A DNA stretch of 63,870 nt, filler included, from Rhabdomonas costata (Eukaryota): the NCBI GenBank assembly GCA_019059605.1. It is 33 parts of 33 records of this genome, joined end to end, with 100 filler letters (N's around TTAATTAATTAA, not from the genome) between each part and the next. Parts side by side here need not be neighbours in the genome. Positions count along the whole stretch, not along the records: positions 23,272 to 25,109 come from JAHMHO010008364.1; positions 25,210 to 27,044 come from JAHMHO010008365.1; positions 27,145 to 28,983 come from JAHMHO010008366.1; positions 29,084 to 30,921 come from JAHMHO010008367.1; positions 31,022 to 32,855 come from JAHMHO010008368.1; positions 32,956 to 34,793 come from JAHMHO010008369.1; positions 34,894 to 36,731 come from JAHMHO010008370.1; 26 more parts are not named here. One strand, given 5' to 3'. This document shows, one piece after another, positions 23,172-36,503 of the stretch. The position numbers and the translations under genes were made by a program. Under the pieces are notes generated by a model, which did no database searches, was not told where the DNA came from, and worked only from the letters and a program-made list of their open reading frames with translations. Every line of letters begins with the position of its first letter. Position 1 is the stretch's first letter.

Positions 23172-26054
23172 NNNNNNNNNNNNNNNNNNNNNNNNNNNNN
23201 NNNNNNNNNNNNNNNTTAATTAATTAANNNNNNNNNNNNNNNNNNNNNNNNNNNNNNNNNNNNNNNNNNNNGGGGGTTTGTTTTCCAATTCCAACGTATT
23301 GTAAAGAGACGTTTTGAACCATTCTCCGATCATGCCAGTGTTCGTCACTTTTTCCTGTCCCAATCTTTGTTTTTGTTTATCCCTATAAGGTCACGCGTTT
23401 CCACCCCAGATGACGGGCAGCATTGGGTACACAAAGCCCTCTGCGCCACAGCACCTTCACGACGCCCGCCGCTAAAAGATTGGAGGCGCGAATGGGCCAT
23501 ACTTGTGACGCCGTGGGCCCGGGGCGGATTTGGAAAAGTTCTGGGGTGGGAATTTTCCAGAAGAGGCGCCCCAAAATTCCTGGTTCTCCAATGATGGGGT
23601 GCGCGGAAGAGGCGGATTCATGACCAGGAACTGGTGCGCAGACTTGCCCGAAGATTTCCAAGACAACCGGTGGGTTGGTGTTTTGGGCAGGGCAATGTGA
23701 TGCGGAAGAGCCCTGAGTGAATCGTAAGAGGTCGATGGAGAACAGTGGGGAAATGGAGCACCGACGGCCCCCAAAGCGGAAGGTGGTTTTTCAGAAAAAA
23801 GAATGAATCCCTTTTTTGTCTGTCACGACGGAAGCCCCTAGGTAGCCGGACGGCTCTGGGCTCTGGGATTCCTTGTCCTGCCTGTTCTCGATGCCTTTCG
23901 GGCCCGCCACTGGAGCCCGGACTTTGTTTTTACCTTTGCGGCTGTTTGTTCCCCTTAACCCACTACCCACTCTTGTTCAAAAATGTGTCCCAAGTCTGTT
24001 TTTCCAGGAGTTTTTAGATGCGAACCCGCGGTGGTCCTCTTTATTTATGCCGCGATGGACCTGGAGCTGCCGGTGCGATTAGGTGCAATTTCCTGAAACC
24101 GTTTTGGAACCTCCGGGAAATCCTCAAACAAAAGTTCTAAAGGAAACGTGATAAATTTTGCGGCGCCTTTGCTTTGAACTTGGCCGTCGCAAATCATTAT
24201 TTTGCTTTAATCCAGGGTCCTGGTATCCAACTCATTTTTTTTTAAACACAACAAAAGCCGCCTGTAAGATAGCTTCTGGGGCTTTGTGTCCGCTCATGTG
24301 CTTTGTGCTAAACTTGGCCACCGTGGTTATCGGTGCTCGCCGCACATGCGCATTGTTTTCGTCCGATTCGGGCAAAGCAAAAATATTTCTTTGTCAGGCC
24401 GCTTTGCGCCTTCCATTCACATCCAGCGCCTGGTTGCGGCCATTTTGTTTGGCCAATATTCACCTCTAAATCGAGGCTCTGGCTTTTCCGTCATGTTTTA
24501 AAACGCTGTGGTTATTACTCAGGAAGAAAACTTCCTGAACCGCTCCACTTCAGGAGCAAAAAGGAAATCGGAAAATTCACGAACCACACGAGCACGGTAG
24601 GTTCTCGGAGCAAACCACACAGTTGGCCGTGTTTCCGAGATGCCTCGCAGACACAAACACAGACACCTCTGCACGACAATCCACTCAAAGAACACAGAGA
24701 TACAAAGAAGCCCAGGTTCAGCGGTGGCGCCACGTCAAAAACACCTGAGAGGAGCGGCTTGCGACTTTAAGATCACGGAATCCTCGGAAAACGACCTTAC
24801 ACTGACAGGGTTGGAGCTTAATTCGCCCTGTATGAGCAGCAGTTACTTTCTATTGCGGGGTATAACAAATTTGTGCACTCATATTGACCGCTTAGCTCTA
24901 AAAATCAGAACTGTCGATTAAGTGAGAGCATTTCGGACTTAGTAGCGAAAAGAGGATTGAAAAATGAAAAACAAACTGAGATGACTTTTACCACGCCTTC
25001 GTTGCATTGACGTTTCCCATGTTTTTATCCTTGGATTTCTAACAGTCTCACTTTAAATGTGAAGCGGGCCAAACAAAACACCCACGCCTAAACAGAGTCA
25101 AAAACACAANNNNNNNNNNNNNNNNNNNNNNNNNNNNNNNNNNNNNNNNNNNNTTAATTAATTAANNNNNNNNNNNNNNNNNNNNNNNNNNNNNNNNNNN
25201 NNNNNNNNNGGTGGTGGGGTGGATTTCGCTGAACAGGCTTTGCGACTTCTTGCTTGTGGGCCCTCCCGCTTTTCAGGTTTTTAGGGCCTTTCTGTACAAA
25301 ATCGCTGCGCGCCGGTCATTGCACCATCGTTTTGTAGAATTCATGCACAGCCTCAAAGTGGAAATTTCTAGCTTTTCAGGGTAACCTGGCGATTGACGTT
25401 GACAAAAATCAATGAGAACTGCGGGTGCGAACCGGCAGTTGTCGTACTCAAGCGTAGGTAATTTCATGTCCCAGCATTGTTTAGGCGAGACTGAATTTTT
25501 TTTGCGGCAGAGGGGGTCTCTTTCACGTTTTTCAACCTTCGTAGGCGCAATGAATGCTATTCTGCACGCAACAATGTGGACCAGTCAAAGGTACTCCAGC
25601 ACGCACTTCAGCAACGAATAGTTCGAAACGAGTGATCTTGCCTCACGGCGCACATTGTATTGCATGTACTCTTACTGGGTATTATTTTTAAATGGTTAGA
25701 AGCTAGCAGTTTCCCATCTTGGGCTTCGGCTGAAAAGTGGGATAGGTCCACACAGGGCCACAGGTTGAGAGATGGGCAAGCGCCGTGGCGGTCGGAGTGG
25801 GCGGCAGAAAGGGGGGGGCATCATTGGGGAGGGAGTATTATTCAGTTTTCGAGGTCTCTTCTGTTGAGAGTATCGCGTAAATGTTCATGCGGTTTGTCTA
25901 ACAAGTCAAAAAGTATAATTCCCAAATGTAATAGACACCAAAAGCAGTTCACCAGAAATATATTTTCATCCCACTTCTGCATTTCTGTTGGTTTAAGGTT
26001 GGCCACAACGTTGTCAAGTGGCACGTTATCTCAAATGAACACCCTGATGCGCAC

Positions 26055-26114
26055 CTCCATTCCACAGCAGTACGGCCTCACGACACCATCGATGTCCAGG
26101 AAGACCACATTCAT
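26055..26114 (-). CDS. Possible first exon of a HAD-superfamily phosphatase
   Basis: MNVVFLDIDGVVRPYCCGME|GTGCGC carries HAD motif I (hhhDxDG). No later exon was identified. Confidence 0.45.
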
Positions 26115-28266
26115 TTTGAACTCCAACGGGAAAAACGAAGGCGAGGGGGCAGGGGAGGGGAACACTCACAGCAGCAACGAAAGGGCGATCCGCGGGGAAC
26201 CAACTTCAACAGAAACGGAAGAAACACGGAGAGACCTGAGAACCAATGATGGCAAACCAAAAACTCTGCAGAGACGGCTGGCACCTCGGAAACCACTGAA
26301 GAAAAGGCACCGGTGACCCAGTAGGGTTGCACTTGAAGCCCTCGGCATCTTTATGGCAAAACTATTTAATTAAAATTGCTTTCACCAATCAAACCAAAAA
26401 GTTCCTCGTTAACAGGAAGAATGATGGGTTCCGGTTGATGGGTCGGGAGCCCATGAACGGGGAGTGCCAGTAGATCAAGCAGTGCCATCCGTGAGACCCT
26501 GCTTCCAGTGAGAGCAAAGCGGAAACGAGAAAATGGGTGGGCTGAGGACTTTCTTCTTGAAGAAACAACACGGCACTGTGGCAACAGGGGTTGTTTGCAT
26601 TCAGCAAACTCAGAAACTTTCACGAAGACTTTCAAGAAGGGGCGCAGCTTCTGAGCGGTGTTGTTGCGGGAGCAAACCGGTGACCGGTTGGGACCCGTCG
26701 CTGATGTCGCCAGCCAAGAATGGTGAAGGGTGCAGTTGTAGAGCTCCCTAATCGTCATGTCAAGATTTTGGGCTGGATCGCTTCGATAAACGCCCAGAAA
26801 GTGACGCCCACATTAGTACGGGGAGGGGGCAGGTGGCTTTAGCCTCTTCTGTTCTCAGACCTTTCAATCAGTGAGGTTTCACCCTATCTGCCTTCCGGTC
26901 AACTCCTCCTGAGATCTGCTTTCTGCCCCTTTCGTGGGAACCGTTCTTCAACTAATTAATTAACTGATTTTTCTCAATTAATAACTGCTTTTTCTGAGTG
27001 ACATACAGAAAAATGGGTGAGAGACATTTTCACACCACCACCCCNNNNNNNNNNNNNNNNNNNNNNNNNNNNNNNNNNNNNNNNNNNNTTAATTAATTAA
27101 NNNNNNNNNNNNNNNNNNNNNNNNNNNNNNNNNNNNNNNNNNNNAATACTGGCACGCCCTCCTCTCCTGGATTAAAAATTCAAACGGGTGGATCTGCAAA
27201 GGTTATATGTGCCCAAGAAAGACTTCTATAGCTTTTCTTTGCTGAGCAAAGCGAGTTTCATGGATTCAGTGCGGAGTGCGGGAGTAAGAGAGAGCGTGCG
27301 CACCACGGGAAGGTGCACTCACACCGTGCACTGCGATGCGAAGCGACCTCACAAAGGGGCGGGGGTCCCGAGGGCTGCAAAGGAGCCCCAACTCAGTACT
27401 GAGATGGGGTCCACGGCATGCAAATGAAAGGGGAGGAACCTAAAAGGCGGACAGGCGTAATGCTACAACGAAACAGGGAGTGAGACAAAGAGACACCTCA
27501 CTGCACAACCAATTCAATACCTTCTCCACAGCCACACACACGCATCAAGAGCTTGGAAGAGGAAATGAAGGGGCGCAACGCTCCACCAACGCGGTTGCTC
27601 GCTTTCTCTTTGCCTTTACTCGTGCCCTATCAGTATCTCTTCAATTCCGTACCTTCCATTCCAAGGTTTCAATTCAAAGAGCTTCAGCACCGCTGGGGCA
27701 GATACTGAGTGGAATGCCTTTCAGAATACTCATTAGCCGATGCCCATGCGCAAGAACAGACGTGCGTGGACAGAGCAGAAGTCCTCCCCCCTCTGCCCAA
27801 ATGTACGCAAAAGCCATCGTGCCCGAAGTCAAACCGCCTTTGTGACAATCAATTCAATACGCAAAACAAAACTGCTTGGGTGACCTCATTTTCTCACAGT
27901 CAAAACATTTAAGTGATATTCAGCGTGCTGTGTGTTTTGAAGGCTACAAAACGTTAAGGACCGATATCAGAAAGCAGCAAGAAGCCTAGCGATTCTTTGC
28001 AAGGGAGCATGGCGACGTCTACTCAATTCGACCAACAAGAATGCTCCGCACGTTCCAAACTGCAATTCATTTCCGACAGATCACCCTCCAAGGAGAGATA
28101 TCACAAGAGCAAAGGGATACGTTGACTTTTGACTGCACCTGCACCGACTGGGGGAAAACCTCCCAAAGTCTCCTGTCATATGCAAATGACATTCGGCTAC
28201 CTCGTGAAGATGACAAAGCCAGAAAAAAAAGCCTATTTGTGTTGGAGAAGTCTTGGCACAACTGAC

Positions 28267-28383
28267 CTCTGCACCAGCGGCCGCCTCGACAACAAGAAGC
28301 TCGCAGCACCCCTCGGTGCACTTGAGGTACCAACCCTCTTCCCCGGTGGCCTCCCACAGCACTTCGTACTGCTGGCTGTCGTG

Positions 28384-28417
<34 letters not shown>

Positions 28418-28512
28418 TCGTCGTCCACCATAATACGCCCTCTCTTCCCCGCTCCGCCGTCCTTGTCATTGGGGAAGTCTGGGCCTCTGACGACAGTGTC
28501 CCCCTCCTTGGG
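28267..28512 (-). CDS. MIB/HERC2-like domain exon with poly-Asp insert
   Basis: GCAG|PKEGDTVVRGPDFPNDKDGGAGKRGRI-(poly-D)-YEVLWEATGEEGWY...ELLV|GTCAG matches the G.RVVRGPDW....DGG.G..G.V...V.W pattern. Confidence 0.7.
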
Positions 28513-29089
28513 CTGCGAGAGAGAGGGAAAGAAGGGGGAAAGAAGCCAAACAAAGCTCGCGAAACAGCACCCACCGACGTTTACAGGGTGACCGTTTTCG
28601 TCTCCAGTCACTGCTCTGGAGTAATGGGAGTCGTTACAGGTCAGTTTAGTGCAGTCTAAACTCTTCTCGCAGGACGCCGCCGAAGGAAACCAAACAACAG
28701 AATAGCCACTCCGAGCATGTGAATTTTCTGGGAAGTGCCACCTCGGAAATTGTGTTTTGTGGACACTTCTGTACGATGAGATGCGTGGCATGTCGCAGTT
28801 TCTTAAATGGGATCGCAGTATAACGACGTTGTTCGCGCACTTTTTCCCTTTCCAAATACGTTAAGGCATTTGCACAGCCTTTCCCCTGCAAAATCGATGT
28901 TGAACTCGCATGTGCAAAGGCTCTTTAAGGCGAGTCGCCGACCATGGGCCAGTGAGGAAACAGCCAGTTACCCAAAACCCAAANNNNNNNNNNNNNNNNN
29001 NNNNNNNNNNNNNNNNNNNNNNNNNNNTTAATTAATTAANNNNNNNNNNNNNNNNNNNNNNNNNNNNNNNNNNNNNNNNNNNNGGGGTG

Positions 29090-29496
29090 GGGTTAATCCT
29101 AAGGCCGTGACGCATAAGGTCTTTCAGTCTGCGTATGTTGCGGACAGCTAGTAGCACAATTGGTTTGCCGTCCTTATCCAAGATATTGGGGTCCGCCTTG
29201 GCGTGAAGCAACTCTCGGAAGATCACGTCAGATTCCAAGGGCAGCGCTTGTAGCAGCGGAGGCACACCCTCTTTGCCCGCGGCGTTGGCGTCCGCATGAC
29301 TCTCCAGAAGTCTCTGGCATAAACCCTCCCGGCCCTCCTTCGTTGCACAAATCAATGGAGTGAGCCCATAGTAGTCACGAGAGTCGATGGGCACCTTGGC
29401 CTTGAGCAGAGCCCAAAGGGGCTTGCCATCGCTCTCTCGAAGTCGGTCACTCCAGCCAGGAACCTTTTCCTCTTTAGCAGGGGGTTTTGACCGTTC
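29090..29496 (-). CDS. Ankyrin-repeat exon
   Basis: LLKAKVPIDSRDYYGLTPLICATKEG...LLESHADANAAGKEGVPPL...LLHAKADPNILDKDGKP. Acceptor GCAG at about 29497. Confidence 0.85.
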
Positions 29497-30464
29497 CTGC
29501 GCAAACGCACAAGATTTCTTTTCCAAGAAGCCTGCGCCCGCTCGCCCAGTCACATAAGAACCAATTCTACGAAGGGCCCTAAAACTAACCTTAAAATTCA
29601 ATGTGCACCCGGAGCCAAGCACAATCGCAAGCACTTTTCCCGCAGAACAGCTTCGCCAATAGAGAGCCATTTTCTCTCACGCTCTCACGCGCGAGCGCGT
29701 CAACACTACAACAACGCCGCGCCAGCCCGCACCAGCGTTCGAGAAAGGGTGAACCAGCTGGCATAAGCTGTTTCCTTCGTACATACCCTGTGCGCAGGGC
29801 ACGTGTCCGGGCCAGCGGGCCTACGAACCGCTGTGTTCCATGCCACCGTGGACTCGGCCCCGACAGCCCAGAAGGAGAGGATGGGAGCGGAATAGGGGAG
29901 GGAGGGGCGACAAGGGCTCCATCAGCGCTAGCGATGATGGTACTCATGCCGTCTGTGCCCTCCGCATCCGCATCGGCTGCAGACCAGGGCTTTTTTCCCG
30001 CCGAGTAACAGTGTGCAACAGCGGACAGGCGGAAAGGGTGGATTGCCGGAATCCTCAAGCCGAGGGGGAGGGACAGCTGGAGCAAAGATGGCGGTGGTAA
30101 TGGGGATGGTTAACCAGAGAATCGCGGGAAAGGGCACAAAGCAGCTCATCAGCACAGAAGATTTCTTTTTCTGTTGTCCTTGCCTCCTTGGGCAACGTGC
30201 TATCGCCTCATCGATTTGTGCCAATGAATGGCAAATTTTGTGGCTGCTTTCTTTTGTTTTCCTGAAATGCGCCATGGGCGTCAGCCCCCAAAATATACAG
30301 CTTAAAACTTGCGCTCGGGGTTTGAAGCGCACGTGTATTTTCGTTCCATCGAGCTGTTCTCCGCCAGTTTCCAGGGATTATGACGAAAAGACGAGGCACA
30401 GAGAGAGAGAGACAGAGAGACAGAGAGAGGGTGGGGCTTGACGGTTATATCCGCGCCAACATAC

Positions 30465-30634
30465 CACGGTCTCGTAGCTGCTGAAGCACATCTCCCGGAA
30501 GCACACCCCGGGCTTGTTCTCGAGCCCGCGGTCGGGAACCAGCAGGGCGTCGCATATCATGCAATGCGACGCACAGGTGGGCAAACGCCGATACAGGCAC
30601 TCCACTAGAGCCACGAGAAGTCCCCGGCTGAAAC
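30465..30634 (-). CDS. PARP6/PARP8-type C4 zinc-finger exon
   Basis: GLLVALVECLYRRLPTCASHCMICD...ENKPGVCFREMCFSSY resembles the recalled PARP6/8 pattern GFLVQ.....RIPTLNEYCVVCD...LKP.VC.RELC.FSF. The exon is bounded by CAG and GTATGT. Confidence 0.7.
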
Positions 30635-31606
30635 CTGCAGATCAGCAGCCATATGCAAAGACCACACAAGAATCGGCAATGGCAAAGAGCCCAACACACA
30701 GCGTGCATGCATCCACAAGAGGATACCTGTCACTTCCCCGGGGAGGGCTTCCGCAGTCTCATCCACTGTCCTCAGGGCGGGAACCGACCCCGATGGGGTA
30801 TCAGCTGTGCGGGGGACTGCCGCATGAGCCTCCAAACAAAGACTGGGTTGCGTCAAGGCAAGGTTGGCAGCTCGCTCAAGGTCCTGCACGTATACCAAGT
30901 GACCACTTATTCACACCCACANNNNNNNNNNNNNNNNNNNNNNNNNNNNNNNNNNNNNNNNNNNNTTAATTAATTAANNNNNNNNNNNNNNNNNNNNNNN
31001 NNNNNNNNNNNNNNNNNNNNNGTGTGGGGGTTGGGGTGATGCACGTTTCGTCCCATTTGCAGGGAACTCCACACTTTTGTATAAGAACCAATACCACTGC
31101 CACAATCGTACAATCCTGCCGAATCCTGCCGGTGTTGTATTCGAGATTGGATTTGCTCCCTTTCAAAGTGACCAACAACAACATTTAAAATCTATTTTTG
31201 TCGTAATGTCATGCACCTCAAAGTTTTTTTCAACCCCAGGGCTTTCTCTCGTTCTTAGTTACTCATCCATTCGTTCAATGCACCAATGTATTCCTCTCCG
31301 TTAAGCTTGGCAGTTTTGATATAACGCGCATTCTTATTGGTCCCCAACCGGGAATGGAATGCAATGGTCCTAACTCCTTCCGAGACCTTGAACCCCGGTG
31401 TGAGACTGGGCCATCTGGCACATCCTGGACATGAGGTTTGTTTTTAACAAAACGTTGCTATGACTTCATTTCAGAAGGGTGGCATGAAGAGCGGGATCAC
31501 TGGCGAGGCCTTCTGCGCCCTTCCATGTACTCTCCACACTCATGAGAATGGTGTCTGGGGTGTGAAATGATGCTCAGATGCAACACACACACACAACAAT
31601 TCTCAG

Positions 31607-32151
31607 TTCCGAAACATTGTCCACAAGGAATACACCAACGCTCGGCGAGCCCTCGAGGAGCTGGAGATCCAGCAAGACTGGGAGCGTCGTCTGTGGGAGT
31701 CCAAGGTTTGCTCTCAGCAGGGGTCAGGGGCTTTTCGGGCCAAATTCGAGGAGCACGCAAAGGAAGCGCCGCGAGCGTGCTTTGGCGAATCGGGTCATGG
31801 TCATGTTGCCTGATAGGCAATCTTATTAGCTTACTGTGAACTTGAGCCGTTGATGTGTGTTGAATTGTTGATGTGTGAGTGAATTCTGCTGCTTTGCAGG
31901 CTAGCCCCCTGCACATACTACGTTTTTGGAATATTCTCCGGAGGTGTCTTAAGTGCTGTTGTGTGATGAGATCACCCACCGCGGCCTACCGGTTGAAATG
32001 TCAAACGAAAGTTGCATTGCATTGCCTGTTCACAGATTAAAACTTTGAATGACATCTGCCTGGGCCAGATCAACGACCAGCTGAAAGAGAGGCTGAAAGA
32101 GATGAACGCAATGCCCATCCCCACTCCTCCTCCATCTGCGGAAGGAAATTA
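31607..32151 (+). CDS. Terminal exons of an unidentified coiled-coil protein
   Basis: CAG|FRNIVHKEYTNARRALEELEIQQDWERRLWESK|GT, then CAG|IKTLNDICLGQINDQLKERLKEMNAMP...EGN-stop. Confidence 0.5.
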
Positions 32152-33032
32152 GAGCAGTGTCTCCCAACCCCACCAGTGTATATTACCATAAAGGCAGTAA
32201 GTATTTGTAAAGCACCTCGCCTCACCTATTCGATCAGTATAGCCCGTTGTTTGCGTGCTTGGTACGGTAATGCGGGGCTCACCTCTGTGCACAGGGCTTT
32301 TTGAGCTGTACAACAGTTTTCTTCGGACTTCTGTGTTGTCGGATGAAAGCGACTTTTCTTTGACTGAAGGTGCATCAAAATTGTTTACCTCGTGAGATTT
32401 TGCAGCAACGGATGAGTTGTATTGCAAGTTAGTCCGCAGCAACTACCCTTTCGGTACTCACTGGAATGTAGTTGAGTGCAGCGACCTGGTATGTGCCGCT
32501 GGTAATCGGGGAGGCATTGGTCTAAGATCAGCTCCAGCTTTCGTGGTTGGCTGAAGCTTACTGACTAAATACAAAAACTGAGAACTGAAGCTGAAGGTTG
32601 AAGCTGCAACAATTCCGGGACAACTGAGTCTGGGGGCCATGCGATAATTATAGATGTTGGCTCATGATCCAAGGGGTCACACATTGAGGAAACGTGAGCA
32701 GTCGCGGGGCGGGGTGGATAAATTTTTCCCTATTCCTTTCTTTGGATTGTCCCCTCCCCTCCTCGCGCAACGAGCACCGTTCACCCCTGGGGTCACCTGC
32801 TCTGCTGCCTTCCTTTCACATCTCTCTACTCAAAGCACAGTTGTGAACAAAAACANNNNNNNNNNNNNNNNNNNNNNNNNNNNNNNNNNNNNNNNNNNNT
32901 TAATTAATTAANNNNNNNNNNNNNNNNNNNNNNNNNNNNNNNNNNNNNNNNNNNNCCAAAAAGAAGCGCTTTCCATACACTCGGTTGATCGGGTGGCAGA
33001 ATAAAACAGCGAGGAGGGGAGAGAGCTCACAC

Positions 33033-34785
33033 CGACAAACTCTGCACAGTGACAAAGTAGCCTGCCATCCCGCCAAGGGTGGTGGGCGTATCGAAATCCG
33101 GATCCAGAAAGCGGCGCCATCCTCCCAATTTGGGGTTAGCCAGGGCACGGGAGAGCGCCCGCACCACGGTGTTGTTGCACTGCGTGGCGTTCACAGAGAT
33201 CCACTCCCCGGATGGGGTTCTGGGAGGGTCAATGTCATCCGTCCCCATGGTGGAGGTGGCCAGCAAGCGCCCCGTAATGGCGTCCACGAAGAAGATTACC
33301 GTGCCGTCAAACATGTTTTCGGCAAGCTGAATGCAAGCCAACACGGGTCGCACGTCTTGCAATGCAAATCCAATTTGATAGCCCAATTACACTCCAAAAC
33401 TGAGAAACTAGTGAGTTACATTTCCAACTCTATTTGCCCTGTAGTTATGCCGCAGGTCCCGAAAAAGTGTGCACAGTGCCTTTTTACGCTCGGATTATCC
33501 AGTCTCTCTCAGTTTTCGATGCATCATGCTATAAAAACGTTGCAACATATGTAGTGTTAGGAAGATTGATGATTCAATCGCCTTTCCACTGCAAACTACA
33601 CATCAAACGTACGAAAAACCAGTAACTGCCGGAGCTGCACACATTTCACGCATCCGAGATGATTTTCTGCATAAAACAGCCCGGACGGCAAGTCTTTCCC
33701 CAAAACAAAAACTCGTGTCAGGGTTTCAGCAACCTCGGCGAAAACAAGCTATTCCCTCTGCCCTTAAAAAGTGGGAGCAAGAACAATAATGACCTTTGAA
33801 CTAAGAAAAGGAAAGGAATACTGTGGTGCGGTGCTAAGAAGCATCGCAACAAAACAAAGACACAAGCAACCAGAAATCACATGCACAACAGAATGCAGTG
33901 GAGTAACCCCACTCACATGTTTTAGGAAGCCCTCGATGCGATGCAAATCGAAAATCTTTGCGGCCACCGCGAAAGCGGCCCCATTCCCACCCCGATGGAC
34001 GGGGGTCACAATGGGAACCGCCAGACCCGTCTTCCATCCCCCAGCACAGGGCAATGTCCCCACGAAGATCCGCCCGATTTTCACCTCAAACGCAGGGGTA
34101 TCAAGACCGTCTTGAAACCAAGTCTGAAACGAGAAGCATCCAGGGAGGGAGGAAACCAAACTGAAACTGAAACTGAAACTGAAACTAGTCCGGAGCAACT
34201 GCAAGGTCCAGAAACAGTCCACGACCCACTCTCTGGTGGAAAGAATGGAAATAGAGCCTTTTCAGTTTTCAATCAGCAAAGAGAACGGCGTTCAAAAAAG
34301 CCGCGAAAGAATCTTGGATTCAGGTGCGACGAGGAAAGCCTGACAGAAAACAAAAATTGTCCTTGCACACCCGCTTCGACGCGTCGTATAACCCGGGGAC
34401 CACCACACTCTCATTTATCCGCGAGCGCCAGTTGGAGTCATTCCAAAGCCCACGCGGCACGGGGCAGCTCCTGCTCCCCGCGGTGGCTGGCCACATTATC
34501 TTGGAATACCCCGTGTTGTTGTTGCTGACCGCCCAGAACAGCCTCCCCGTCTCCGGGTTCGCTGCCACGGATAGCAGCTCCCCCGAGCCCAGACCCAGCG
34601 CCATCGTGGTGCCATTCAGCTCGACGTTGTGCCGAAAGCTCACCTGCCTGGTGACCAACAGCTTCCGTAGCTCCGATGGGCTGGGATCCCCTGCGGTTTC
34701 GCATCGAAGAGTGCGATCCCAGCCAAACCACTTCATGGGGTCCCCGTCACCTTCACCCGTCCCCTTGGGAACTTTCGCCACGCCA
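33033..34785 (-). CDS. Probable extracellular Cache-like sensor region of a receptor (3 exons)
   Basis: Exons about 34785-34385, 34123-33917 (TWFQ...GLAVPIVTPV...FAVAAKIFDLHRIEGFL) and 33326-33033 (TVIFFVDAITGRLLATS...GYFVTVQSL). The pattern resembles dCache domains, by recall only. Confidence 0.5.
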
Positions 34786-35148
34786 AAACAACCNNNNNNN
34801 NNNNNNNNNNNNNNNNNNNNNNNNNNNNNNNNNNNNNTTAATTAATTAANNNNNNNNNNNNNNNNNNNNNNNNNNNNNNNNNNNNNNNNNNNNGGTGTTG
34901 TGGCCGCACTTGGTACTCTGGGGCATGATGCCCTGCGCACTTTTCGGCGTAGTAGGTTTTTGCACCAGGTTATGTGCTTCGCGTCGGGTCAAAATTTCGC
35001 TCAGCACTTAGTGGTATATTTGTAGGGTATTACCGGAATGAATCTGTATGAGTGCGACATAATCTTAACATTATCTTCAACTTAAATGCATAACGAGCAA
35101 AAAATGCTTTTGAGCGGGCCCGTTCGTCCTGTCCGTCTTGTTGACCAG

Positions 35149-36503
35149 ACCCTCAGTGGGCGAGCATCAACCTGGGCATCTTCATCTGCCTGCGCTGCTC
35201 GGGAGTCCACCGTGGCCTTGGGGTCCATATCTCTAAGGTTGCAATGCGCTATCCACTCCTGCCGACATGCACCTCGCTAATTCCCATTCTTTCTTCTCCC
35301 GTCGTCTCGTCTCGTCTATCTCCTTCCCTGAAGGATGAGGAGGTCTAACGATGGTGTTGGGAGGGATTTCACGCCAATGCCAAAGCGTTTGCTGCAAATG
35401 GAGCGATCTGAGTTAATACACAGCGCAGGAACGGGATATCGGAGGATGGTGGTTACACAAATAGTTGCAGAGTGATCACTTTCACGCTAAGGAAGGGGTA
35501 ACATTTATGTTTATTCCTATCCCCCCCAATCCGCCCATCCTCTCAGCCAGTGACTTTACGGAGCACCATAGGCATTGCAGGCTTTACGCGGCTCAAAGAT
35601 GCATGGTGGCCCCCTCCTCTCCTCGCAGGGCCTGGCGTCTGATGGCAACTTTGAGGGATGCGTCCTGTAGGGTAGGCTATTTATGTGTCCTTTTGACGCA
35701 ACCAAAGCAATCGCTTTCATTGGTATCGTCAATGGGCTGCGTATACTGTGAGCTGGTAACGGTTTGACGCTCCTTCACTTGTACAGCACACTTGGATGGG
35801 GTAAAATAATTCAAGGGGGTTCGCGATGTATGTACGGCGAGGAGGGGGGGTGCGGTTAGGAAACGATTCCTTTTCTCTCTCTTCTCAGCTTTATTCACTG
35901 TTTTTTGTGTTGCAGGAATTGTGTTGATGAAAAGAAATAGAGACCTTTCTCAACCAAAATAGGAGTGTCGAGTGCGATTCTGATTCTCTTGCCGTCATGT
36001 TTGTGTCATGTTTTCTGCCTTTATTTTAGGTCCGAAGTGTGTCCTTGGATAAATGGACTCTTGAGCAAGTTCAGGTCTCTGACGTTGCTTTTGTTTCGTC
36101 CGGGAGTTGCAGCACATATTTTCGAACTTTCTGAGTGCACCCCGTCATATTTTCTCAAGCAGTCGCCCACATAATGAGTTTACTCAGCCATCTTTGCAGC
36201 AACTTCTTGGCCGCCCCTCACAGCATTTAGTTTTTTACAGCTGGGGTGAAGTTTGATAATTCTCACCTGTGTTTGGCACTACTACTGACATTTTTCTGAG
36301 TGTGCTTTTGTTATGGTTTGTTAAGTTCACGATTGCGGAAAAAGTAAAGCCAGGTCTCTTGAGCATCGTTTGCATCTGCGGGTACAAAATATAATGGGTT
36401 TTTCGCAGAACATGGACCGGATCGGAAATCGCCGAGGGAGGGAGCTCTACGAGGCCCGCCTTCCCAGGGGTTATCGCCGCCCCACAGAGATGAGCGATGA
36501 CAG
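35149..36503 (+). CDS. ArfGAP domain protein (SMAP/AGD-like), partial
   Basis: Exons 35149-35237 ([29 protein letters not shown]), 36030-36074 ([15 protein letters not shown]) and 36409-36503 ([19 protein letters not shown]). The first two are missed by the ORF track. Confidence 0.95.

Noticed and set aside
195..30634. IRAK-like kinase, NACHT-type WD40 and PARP-finger as an 'immunity island'
   Set aside because: They lie on different contigs joined artificially, so there is no linkage evidence.
31380..31420. tRNA-like A/B box fragments on the minus strand
   Set aside because: The spacing is too short and no cloverleaf forms.
36126..36137. ACTTTCTGAGTG, similar to the 5' end of the Euglena spliced leader (also GTGTCTATTTTT at about 63109)
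   Set aside because: These are only 12-nt partial matches inside introns, with no full leader, donor site or SL RNA structure.
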